Shown piece by piece: positions 1-8,142 of a stretch of DNA of 64,000 nt (within the stretch, counting starts at the first letter, position 1; the number at the start of each line of letters is the position of its first letter). Source of the stretch: Promethearchaeati archaeon SRVP18_Atabeyarchaeia-1 (GTDB lineage Archaea; Asgardarchaeota; Atabeyarchaeia; Atabeyarchaeales; Atabeyarchaeaceae); contig CP147779.1 of NCBI GenBank assembly GCA_037308085.1, positions 1,696,001 through 1,760,000 on the forward strand. Reading direction: 5' to 3'. The position numbers and the translations under genes are program-made. The notes under the pieces are model-generated. The model made no database searches and was not told the DNA's origin. It worked only from the letters and a program-made list of their open reading frames with translations.

Positions 1-186
1 GGTCTATTGACGGCGCCTCCGACTCTATGACCATGCTGCTCTCTATCAAGCGCTTCTAACGGTAGTTGCGACAATGAACATCCATCCAAGGGTCTTGGAG
101 TCCGGGACGCAAAAGCCATAAATATCGGAACCAATATAGACAAACAAACAATTCAAAAAGAGAGAAATCAAAGGGGAGAACAACAA

Positions 187-546
187 ATGGCAGACATCTA
201 CACTTTCCTGATGAGCCTACTCCTAAACCCGATGTTTCTAATCGTGTTCTTGGTCGCTATTATTCTAATAAGTCTAGTGCTGTCCACCTTGTTCCTTATG
301 CTAGGTCTCGGCGCAGTTGGAGGCAAGAACAGGGAATTCGGCTCAGTCTTCGTGACTGCCCTAATTGGTTCCGTTCTCGGATGGATACCATGCGTCGGCT
401 GCATACTCTACTGGTACATGATAAAGACACGCCATGAGACTAGCTGGGGAGGCGCCATAGCCGCTTGGCTGCTTGCGGGACTAATACCATTGGCCATTGC
501 CATCGCCATATTCTGGCTTGTCCTGTTGCCATTCGTCGCACTCTAG
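187..546 (+). CDS. Hypothetical integral membrane protein (about 4 TM)
   Basis: 119-aa hydrophobic ORF with GGGGAG upstream and a terminator-like hairpin downstream. Confidence 0.75.
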   Translation: MADIYTFLMSLLLNPMFLIVFLVAIILISLVLSTLFLMLGLGAVGGKNREFGSVFVTALIGSVLGWIPCVGCILYWYMIKTRHETSWGGAIAAWLLAGLIPLAIAIAIFWLVLLPFVAL

Positions 547-575
547 TATGGGCCCAGTCGTATTGAAGAATCACG

Positions 576-610
576 AAGGGGAGGCAAAATCCCCTTTCCG
601 ACCCTTTTTT
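576..610 (+). terminator. Hairpin plus T-tract terminator
   Basis: AAGGGGA-ggcaaaa-TCCCCTT followed by TTTTTT just after the 187..546 stop. Confidence 0.5.
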
Positions 611-779
611 CCTCAAACCACTGACCTCGGCGGGCGAACCCTCTTCTTCACGCCTCAAGGTCGTTAGGGATGCCTGCGTTAATAGCCAACAACTGATTTG
701 AGCTATCGACTGCAGTACGAGCAAATATTAATCACCCAGTACTACCGCACTAGTAATGGAATAGCATGTTGGCGGGGCG

Positions 780-1361
780 ATGCGCACTTTGAAGCTGCAA
801 TTGAGGCGTGCAGTGTTTCATCCACTGAAATTTCTTAGGTCTCTGGGTCCTTTCGCGCTTGCGCATCATCCTGGTTGCGAGCAATTCGCGAATCACTCCC
901 TTAGACTTAGGAATCACCGTTTCTGCATTGGATGCTTCATAGGCTACCCTGCGTTCATTGCGTCGATAGTCATTCTCTGGATCTCATCATTCCTTTTTGG
1001 CATAGGCTTTGGCTTCATTGAAGCGATTATTGTTGGAATCGCCTTCGAATCAGCAACAATAATAGTCAAGGCGCTCCATGCCGGGGAATCGGCTCATGCC
1101 AAGATCGCCGTGAAAAGCTCTCAGGGAGTAGGGCTTGGATTCATATTCTATCCCTTCCTCATGTTGCAGGCGCCCATCATCTTCAAGGTGTACATTCTAT
1201 TCATTATATGGTCTGCTTTCAACCTGATCATAGGCGCGGTAAGGCTGTACGAGACTGGGAGGACATGCGAGGCGTGCGAGTACAAGTCGAGGTGGAGTAA
1301 GTGCCCAGGCTTCAGGGAGACTGTGAAAAGACTCCGCAGCTCAGGGTTCATAACCGACTAG
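780..1361 (+). CDS. Membrane protein with Cys/His metal-binding motifs (DUF2085-like)
   Basis: HHPGC...H...FCIGC, four hydrophobic segments, C-terminal CEAC...C. Confidence 0.65.
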   Translation: MRTLKLQLRRAVFHPLKFLRSLGPFALAHHPGCEQFANHSLRLRNHRFCIGCFIGYPAFIASIVILWISSFLFGIGFGFIEAIIVGIAFESATIIVKALHAGESAHAKIAVKSSQGVGLGFIFYPFLMLQAPIIFKVYILFIIWSAFNLIIGAVRLYETGRTCEACEYKSRWSKCPGFRETVKRLRSSGFITD

Positions 1362-1570
1362 AGCTGGCCCAGAAGTCAGGATCTCAAGATCGCGTTTCCA
1401 GTTATTCAGGACTATCGGGGGTGCCGTTGTGAGTGGTTCCCTTATTCTCCAGTCAGGTTGCTGAAAAATGGTACCCTTAAATACGGGAGAGTACCCTCAA
1501 TAATATGAGGGGGGAGGGGGTTCCCCCTTTAAAAGAGCCACCCGCCCCCATTTTCTATTTTGTGGAGCTC

Positions 1571-1600
1571 CGCTCAGTTAACTCTTCGGGTGATAGTTGG
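1571..1600 (+). repeat. Left terminal inverted repeat of tnpB element
   Basis: CGCTCAGTTAACTCTTCGGGTGATAGTTGG versus reverse complement of right end GGTTCTGTTAACTCTTCGGGTGATGAGTTAG. Confidence 0.85.
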
Positions 1601-1660
1601 TGCCGTTAGCTTCTCGGCCGTATGGCGGCTTTATTAGCCGAAGTAGCCCCTTTTTCGGGT

Positions 1661-2824
1661 ATGCAAGCTGTCAAAGCAGTCAAGCAGAGCTACACGCCAC
1701 CAACCGAACTACTCAACCTCCTAGACGAGTTTAGAAGAATGGTGAATGACTGCATACGGATTGGCTTAGCTGAAAATGCCACTTCGATGAAGGCGCTCTC
1801 AAAGAAGGCATACCATGAACTCGCAGGATGCGACGCGCCAACCTACTACCGCCTGACGGCGATCAGCAAAGCCACCGGAATCCTCCGGAACTACAGGCAC
1901 GCGCTGAGAAAACAGCCCAAGGCGAAGAGACCGCACGCGGCTAAGCTCATGCTCACCGACTGCTACGGCTTCAGGATAATCAGCGGCGAGCTCAGACTCC
2001 CCATAAGGGCAAAAGAGTACGTATACATCCCGCTGAACGCCTACACACTGCGGTCCATTGAGGGCTGGACCGTGCGTTCAGTCTGCCTGACCACCTCCGC
2101 CGTATCCCTGACTTTCTCCAGGGAGGTTGATCAGGTTGAGCCTGCGGGGCTAATCGGGATAGACCGCAACCTCGACAACGTAACCATTGCGTCCTCAGAT
2201 GGAGATGCGAAGAGGTATGACCTCTCGAGGGTAACTGAGATCAAGGAGAACTGCAGGCAGGCTAAGCGGGGCTTCAAGCGGAACGATTGCCGCGTCAGGG
2301 GGCAGCTCTACTCCAAGTATGGGCGAATCCAGAGGAGCAAGGTAAATTGGGTACTGCACAACGCTTCTGCTGATATAGTGAAGCGGGCGAAGGAGAAGCG
2401 GTTCGGCATAGTCATGGAGGACATTAGGGGCATCCGAAAACTCTACAGGAGGGGAAACTGGCAGGGCAGGGACTACAGAGCAAGGATGAACGGCTGGAGC
2501 TACGCCGAGCTGCAACGGCAAATAGAGTATAAGGCACGCTGGGAAGGTATCCCAGTGTTTTATGTTAACCCATCCAAGACTTCCTCACTCTGCGCGACAT
2601 GTGGTTCACCAATAACCGAATGCGCGGGGAGGAAGGTCTACTGTCCAAGATGCTGCAGCAGGCTCGTGGACAGGGATGAGAACGCGGCTTTGAACATCGT
2701 CGGCGCAGGGCTGCGGTTCGGCCTGAAGGGAGTGGCAGGTGAAGCGGTGAAGGGGAACCCTGAACGCGGAAAGGTAATCCCCGGAGCAGATGCCACCCAG
2801 CTAACTCATCACCCGAAGAGTTAA
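1661..2824 (+). CDS. tnpB: TnpB RNA-guided endonuclease, catalytic residues intact (ORF track start 1622; ATG 1661 preferred)
   Basis: RuvC-I GIDRN, RuvC-II VMEDI, zinc ribbon CATC...CPRC, RuvC-III DRDENAALNI; TATA-like TTTATTA about 30 nt before 1661. Confidence 0.93.
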   Translation: MQAVKAVKQSYTPPTELLNLLDEFRRMVNDCIRIGLAENATSMKALSKKAYHELAGCDAPTYYRLTAISKATGILRNYRHALRKQPKAKRPHAAKLMLTDCYGFRIISGELRLPIRAKEYVYIPLNAYTLRSIEGWTVRSVCLTTSAVSLTFSREVDQVEPAGLIGIDRNLDNVTIASSDGDAKRYDLSRVTEIKENCRQAKRGFKRNDCRVRGQLYSKYGRIQRSKVNWVLHNASADIVKRAKEKRFGIVMEDIRGIRKLYRRGNWQGRDYRARMNGWSYAELQRQIEYKARWEGIPVFYVNPSKTSSLCATCGSPITECAGRKVYCPRCCSRLVDRDENAALNIVGAGLRFGLKGVAGEAVKGNPERGKVIPGADATQLTHHPKS

Positions 2825-2851
2825 CAGAACCTGGAGCTCTCTTTCTGGTGC
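2700..2851 (+). ncRNA. Putative omegaRNA (reRNA) overlapping the tnpB 3' end, with the guide extending into the flank
   Basis: Position typical of TnpB omegaRNAs; pairings GTGGCA(2732)/TGCCAC(2791), GGGGA(2752)/TCCCC(2778), terminal TAACTC/GAGTTA hairpin; boundaries approximate. Confidence 0.5.
2801..2831 (-). repeat. Right terminal inverted repeat of tnpB element
   Basis: Contains ATCACCCGAAGAGTTAAC (2808-2825) and ends ...CAGAACC. Confidence 0.85.
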
Positions 2852-2963
2852 AACCGCTGTTTTGCTGCGGTCGGTATTCTGGCAAGAGAAGAGAGCGCGG
2901 TATCATTATTCAGCTCATCTGATTTTGGTGGGAGCCCTAATCTGCCAGCTTTTGGGAGGATCA

Positions 2964-3197
2964 TCAACGTCGGCTGTAGCTTGTGGCTAATGTAACGAAA
3001 ACCAGCATTAGGGAGGCTATGGCGAGCACTGCCAGTCCCGAGACCCCGACCTGCAGTGCGAAGAGCGTCACAAACATCAAAGCTCCGAGAGATCCGAGCA
3101 GGGTAACTAGGGTCACCGCTACTAGCCTTCTCATATACTGTCTTATCGCCAGCCTGTAGTTGTATGATACGTTCGCGTCAGCCAAGTTTAGCGCCAC
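2964..3197 (-). CDS. Small membrane protein (2 TM), possibly a fragment
   Basis: 77-aa ORF with two hydrophobic helices and GAGG upstream. Confidence 0.45.
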   Translation of the reverse strand: MALNLADANVSYNYRLAIRQYMRRLVAVTLVTLLGSLGALMFVTLFALQVGVSGLAVLAIASLMLVFVTLATSYSRR

Positions 3198-3300
3198 AAC
3201 CTCAAATCACTCAAGAAGAACTCGCCAAACTATTTATCGCAATCTGATAATTGTAGATTGAATCAAGAGGAAATCCAAAGAATAACGCAGTGGATTCCGG

Positions 3301-5565
3301 ATGTCAACAAAAAAGCCAAGGACTTTTGCAGGAATCATTGGTCAACTCAAGAAGTCGCGTGCCCGCGACGTTGTCAATGTCTACGTCGAGAAAGAACAGC
3401 TGCCCTCGTATGGATGTTCGGTCGGAGCCCTCGGGCTCTCCGAGTCCGTGATTGGCGCCTTAGAGCGGAGTGGGGTTTCGCGGTTCTTTGCCTTCCAAGA
3501 GAAAGCAATAGGGAGGATCAGGCAAGGCGACAACGTCCTTGTAGTCGCTGGAACCAGTATGGGAAAGACCGAGAGCTACCTCACGCCCGCCCTTGAATAT
3601 GCCACAAGGAATCTCTCAAGATGCATAGCCCTCATAATTTACCCGACCAAGGCACTGGCAGCCGATCAGGCTGAGAGGATATCCAAGTTGACCCAAGTCA
3701 TCTTCGGGGTTTCCTTCGCCAAGTATGATGGAGACACAACTGAGAGTGAACGGAGAAGGATAATGGCTAATCCCCCATCCATACTGATATCTAACCCTGA
3801 TATGCTTCACTTCCACCTACAAGACCCGTGGCTTCAGGAACTCCTCTCGTACCTCAAGTACGTTATCGTAGATGAAGTTCACAATTACTCAGGCGTATTC
3901 GGCAGCCACGTTCACCACATAATCCAGAGGCTGAAAAGGTTCGTGAGAGAGGATTGCCAGTTTGTAGCTTCCTCGGCAACCATCGGAAACCCAAAAGAAT
4001 TCGCCGAACTACTTTTCGCAGAGGAGTTTTCCCTAGTGACGTCGGATAAGGACTGGAGGGGGAAGCGCTCACATGTCATGATTGCTCCCCTACGCAGCAA
4101 ATACACGGAGGCAGTATACCTCGCTGAAATGCTTGTCCAAAGCGGACTCAAGACTATTATTTTCGCTGACAGCCACTTGAGCTCCGAACTCGTGAAGAGC
4201 ATCGCCGATGAGAGAAATCTGAACATGGGAATCCACCGGTCAGGTCTACTCAAAGAGCACCGGAGATCAGTCGAAAGCGCATTCAAGGAAGGTCAAATCA
4301 AGACGGTAGTAGCGACTCCTACACTTGAGCAAGGAATAGACATCGGCGATCTTGACGCTGTAGTACTGATAAAGATCCCACCGACTTTTAGCCGATACAT
4401 CCAAAAGGTTGGGCGCGCCGGAAGGAAGGGCAGGGAGTCAGGAGTATTCCTAGTAATCGGTGACGACCCAATCTCCAACTACTATGCTACCCACCCTGAC
4501 GAGTTCTATCATTCTACGCCAGAGCCAGCATACATCGACCCAGAGAACCCCGAAGTCCTGAAAAGGCAGATCGTGAGCATGGCGTATGACCAGCCCCTAG
4601 CAGACCGGGAAATAGATGAGATTGCCGAGAAGATCAAATCGGTCGGCACAGTAGTTGCCGGCCTACTGGAGGAAGGCTACCTACAGAGAATGAAAAACAT
4701 ACTAACACCTACGAGAAAAGGAGTGGCGCTTCACCAGTCTACGAAACTGAGGGGAACAGGAGAAGCCACAAGAATCTACACAATGGACAACAAATACATC
4801 GGTGACCGCTCTTTGCCAATGGCCGCCAGGGAGCTACACCCAGAGGCAATCTATCTGCATGGAGGAACCCAATACAGAGTCATGAGCTTTGAAGGTCGCA
4901 GAGCAATAGTGGACAGGATGCCATTCAGGAGCAGACAATTCACAGTAGCGCGCTACTATTCAGACATCAAGGAATATGAGACGAAGATGGAAAGGAGAGC
5001 CTTCAACGTACAGATAGAATATGGCGCCGGGACGATCTCGCACGTAGTAGACGGCTACTATGAGAAAGATAGACTGACAGAGAAAACCCTCGCCGAAAAC
5101 AATCTAGAAGAACCAATCATTTACGATTTCCCAACCAAGATCATCAACTTCAAATTGCCTCTCAAAATTACTTGGTCTCCCGAACAGAAGGGAAGCGCAT
5201 CACATGCTGCAGAACACATTCTGATATCTGCCGCTGTAACGTTGACAGGCGCGGACCAGGCCGAGATGGGTGGAATATCATACCCCGACGGCTCAATCGC
5301 AATCTACGACGGCGCATACGGAGGCTCAGGCTTAACTCGTCTCCTGTTTGATCGAATGGAAAGAGCGTTTGAAAGAGGAGCTGAAATGCTCGCGACATGC
5401 AAATGTGGACGGGAAGACGGGTGCCCCAAGTGCACATACTCCCCCTACTGTGGCAACAACAATAAGCATCTCTCGAAGAATGGCGCATTGACAGCTCTGA
5501 GAAAAGTACTGGGAGGCAAAGGAACGGAAGTGGAGAAAAAACCAACTGGAAAGTCAATAGTATAA
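3301..5565 (+). CDS. SF2 DEAH helicase with C-terminal Zn-binding DUF1998 (Hrq1/MrfA/SftH type)
   Basis: Walker A GTSMGKT, YPTKALAADQ, DEVH, SAT, QKVGRAGR, HAAEH and CKC...GCPKC. Confidence 0.92.
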   Translation: MSTKKPRTFAGIIGQLKKSRARDVVNVYVEKEQLPSYGCSVGALGLSESVIGALERSGVSRFFAFQEKAIGRIRQGDNVLVVAGTSMGKTESYLTPALEYATRNLSRCIALIIYPTKALAADQAERISKLTQVIFGVSFAKYDGDTTESERRRIMANPPSILISNPDMLHFHLQDPWLQELLSYLKYVIVDEVHNYSGVFGSHVHHIIQRLKRFVREDCQFVASSATIGNPKEFAELLFAEEFSLVTSDKDWRGKRSHVMIAPLRSKYTEAVYLAEMLVQSGLKTIIFADSHLSSELVKSIADERNLNMGIHRSGLLKEHRRSVESAFKEGQIKTVVATPTLEQGIDIGDLDAVVLIKIPPTFSRYIQKVGRAGRKGRESGVFLVIGDDPISNYYATHPDEFYHSTPEPAYIDPENPEVLKRQIVSMAYDQPLADREIDEIAEKIKSVGTVVAGLLEEGYLQRMKNILTPTRKGVALHQSTKLRGTGEATRIYTMDNKYIGDRSLPMAARELHPEAIYLHGGTQYRVMSFEGRRAIVDRMPFRSRQFTVARYYSDIKEYETKMERRAFNVQIEYGAGTISHVVDGYYEKDRLTEKTLAENNLEEPIIYDFPTKIINFKLPLKITWSPEQKGSASHAAEHILISAAVTLTGADQAEMGGISYPDGSIAIYDGAYGGSGLTRLLFDRMERAFERGAEMLATCKCGREDGCPKCTYSPYCGNNNKHLSKNGALTALRKVLGGKGTEVEKKPTGKSIV

Positions 5566-5634
5566 GATCACTTACGCCTCTCTTAGTAACGAAGTTCATA
5601 ATTCCCTTCTCTTCTACTGATCTTCTGAAGACAA

Positions 5635-6627
5635 GTGCATAGTGCTCACAACGGAAGGTTGGTTGCGAATGAACCGCGAACAGATTGTGACAAACTCTTA
5701 AATCCCACCACTCGGCGTATTCTGAAACATAGAAGGAGGAGAGAAGTCTTAATCCACAGTGTTGCAGGTGGGCTTCTGCCTGAGCGAAGAGCCTCCAATG
5801 GGTTCCTCGAGATTGATGACTGCAATATCAATCTCTCGGACTCGATAGCGATCCGAATCAGCTCCGACACTAGACCACACAACTTAATGTTGGCAGGTCT
5901 ACAGAAGGGATTAAGAATTGTTTATAAGGGCAGGGAAATAGTCGGAGAGGGGATAGGATTCGGGGTTCCTATTCTATTGTACTCAGACGATACATACTTT
6001 TCTGGCACATCCAAACTCTACCTGGATGACAGAAAGGACGTTCATGTCATTCGCAAGGAATTCCTTTTCGACAGAGTCCAGAGAAAGGTGATGCATGGAA
6101 TCAAAATGCAGAACGCGAAACTTCGACAATTATGGAGGTACCTAGACCGACTCTATCAGAATCATCGAAGCCTTCAACCTGTTTCCTCGGCTGATGTCCT
6201 AGGGAAACTTGGTGTTCACCTTCAATTTTCGGAGACCGATGCAGCTGGAAAGGTCATTGCGGCCTACTCGGTAAGTCACGATCGGATAAGAGCGAAGATG
6301 GACTTCTTTCCCACAAGAGAATCTAATCTCAAAGGTGTATTTGTGCTGAACGAACAAGGGTCAGAATTTTTTAGGAGATATTCGGACTCCAATGGGACGG
6401 AACTTGTGGACAAAGAAATCGGCGCTTGGGGAATAGTTGAAGCCGAATCAGCACGCGTAACTGATCTCCGGGGTAGAGTCGGTTTCCAGTTAGCGAGAAG
6501 TAGAGGCAGCGTATTGCATCGAGGCCGCGAGTACACGAGCGGCTTAGCAGATTGGGTGGGGCTGGACTACGAGATAGACCCGGCGAAGCGCACCTTTGAG
6601 TATGAGATCCAGGTTTTGGGAGCGTGA
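5635..6627 (+). CDS. Hypothetical protein translationally coupled to a radical SAM gene (true start probably further downstream)
   Basis: 330-aa ORF; its stop abuts the ATG at 6628. Confidence 0.6.
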   Translation: MHSAHNGRLVANEPRTDCDKLLNPTTRRILKHRRRREVLIHSVAGGLLPERRASNGFLEIDDCNINLSDSIAIRISSDTRPHNLMLAGLQKGLRIVYKGREIVGEGIGFGVPILLYSDDTYFSGTSKLYLDDRKDVHVIRKEFLFDRVQRKVMHGIKMQNAKLRQLWRYLDRLYQNHRSLQPVSSADVLGKLGVHLQFSETDAAGKVIAAYSVSHDRIRAKMDFFPTRESNLKGVFVLNEQGSEFFRRYSDSNGTELVDKEIGAWGIVEAESARVTDLRGRVGFQLARSRGSVLHRGREYTSGLADWVGLDYEIDPAKRTFEYEIQVLGA

Positions 6628-7998
6628 ATGAGCAGAATGGGTGCAGATGTGGCATTGCTGTATCCGTACTTCCGTCCTCCCAGAGACAGCTCACCGTTCA
6701 GATTCCCTCCACTAGGTCTGGGCTACATAGCAGCATACTTGAAGAAGCATAACTTCTCAGTGAGCTTGGTAGACTGCACCTTCGCGACTCAGGGCGAAGC
6801 GCTCAAGAGAGTCCGGGACTCGCACCCTAGAATCATTGGCATCTATTCAATGTATTCGATGAAGGAAAAGGCCATGGAGATGGCGGACCTACTCAGAGGA
6901 GACTGCGAATTACTGATCACTGGTGGTCCACTGCCTAGTGTAAACCCCAAGGAATTTCTTGGTCATTTTGACGTTGTTGTTATTGGAGAGGGGGAGCAGA
7001 CAACGCTTGAGCTGGTCAAGCAATTCGACCGCAGTGGCGACCTGTCACGTGTAAGAGGAATAATGCACAAGAAGAATGGCAGAGTGAACTGCACTGGATC
7101 GCGCCCCTTCATTCAAGACTTAGATAGCATACCTTTTCCGTCGAGAGAGTTGTTTGACAATGATAGCTACAAGGCCCACTATTCTAAGATATTCGGATAC
7201 ACCATGACGTCATTGATGTCATCTAGAGGCTGCCCTTTCAACTGCGACTTCTGTAGCAGACCGATCTTCGGGAACACGCTCAGAGCGAGGTCAGCGACCA
7301 ACGTCGTGGACGAGATAGAACAGGTGAAGGAACTCGGCTATCAGAGAATATGGTTCGCCGATGACTGCTTCACGCTAAACCATAAGCGACTCCTGGAAAT
7401 ATGTCATGAGATGATTCAACGAGGAATAAAAGTAGAATGGGAATGCCTATCAAGAGTCGACACTGTGAACAAGAAGACGGCAGACATGATGAAATTAGCA
7501 GGATGCAGACGCGTTTTCTTTGGGATTGAATCTGGTAACGACCGGGTATTATCTCTAATGAAGAAGCAGATAACGACTGAGAAGGCCAAGAAAGCCGTGA
7601 AGGAGACGAAACAGTCTGGTATAGAAGTGGGGGCATTCTTCATCGTTGGATATCCAGGAGAGACAAGTGAAACCATCCTAGACACCGTGAACTTTGCATC
7701 TGAGCTCCCCTTGGACTACCTATCCTTTACGATGCCTTACGCAATCCCTGGAACATCTCTCTATGATAGAGTGAGAGATCGATTGATCTCCGATGAATGG
7801 GAGGAGCCAAGGAGTCGGTACCTAGTCAAACACAAACTTCTGATTTGCTCTCCTTTTTCGGAGGGGAAACTTAAAGTCGCGATCTTGAAGGGCATGATCC
7901 AATTCGAGCTGAGGAAGTACTTGGGGAACCGCGCCTACAAATTGATAGGAGTGCCATTGGAGAAAATCATGAATTATGTATACAAAGCGCTTCGCTGA
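6628..7998 (+). CDS. B12-binding radical SAM protein (class B methyltransferase-like)
   Basis: PPLGLGYIAAYL, GGP, GEGE cobalamin-binding domain; SRGCPFNCDFC; GIESG. Confidence 0.92.
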   Translation: MSRMGADVALLYPYFRPPRDSSPFRFPPLGLGYIAAYLKKHNFSVSLVDCTFATQGEALKRVRDSHPRIIGIYSMYSMKEKAMEMADLLRGDCELLITGGPLPSVNPKEFLGHFDVVVIGEGEQTTLELVKQFDRSGDLSRVRGIMHKKNGRVNCTGSRPFIQDLDSIPFPSRELFDNDSYKAHYSKIFGYTMTSLMSSRGCPFNCDFCSRPIFGNTLRARSATNVVDEIEQVKELGYQRIWFADDCFTLNHKRLLEICHEMIQRGIKVEWECLSRVDTVNKKTADMMKLAGCRRVFFGIESGNDRVLSLMKKQITTEKAKKAVKETKQSGIEVGAFFIVGYPGETSETILDTVNFASELPLDYLSFTMPYAIPGTSLYDRVRDRLISDEWEEPRSRYLVKHKLLICSPFSEGKLKVAILKGMIQFELRKYLGNRAYKLIGVPLEKIMNYVYKALR

Positions 7999-8142
7999 TT
8001 GCCGTAAGTGTGCTCGAATGTTCGAAGTCTCTGGACTAGTTACACTAGTCGGATCACTCTTTTCCCCGCAAGCCTAAAATAACTCATACAACCCATGTGC
8101 AACCACAATAGAAGAGGGGAAATATAGAGAGAGATTACTGAG

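Larger units (their letters stand above)
1571..2831 (+). mobile_element. Non-autonomous tnpB-only element bounded by terminal inverted repeats and an 8-bp flanking direct repeat
   Basis: GTTAACTCTTCGGGTGAT (1577-1594) is the exact reverse complement of 2808-2825, each 6 bp from the element end; TGGAGCTC at 1563-1570 and 2832-2839. Confidence 0.8.
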
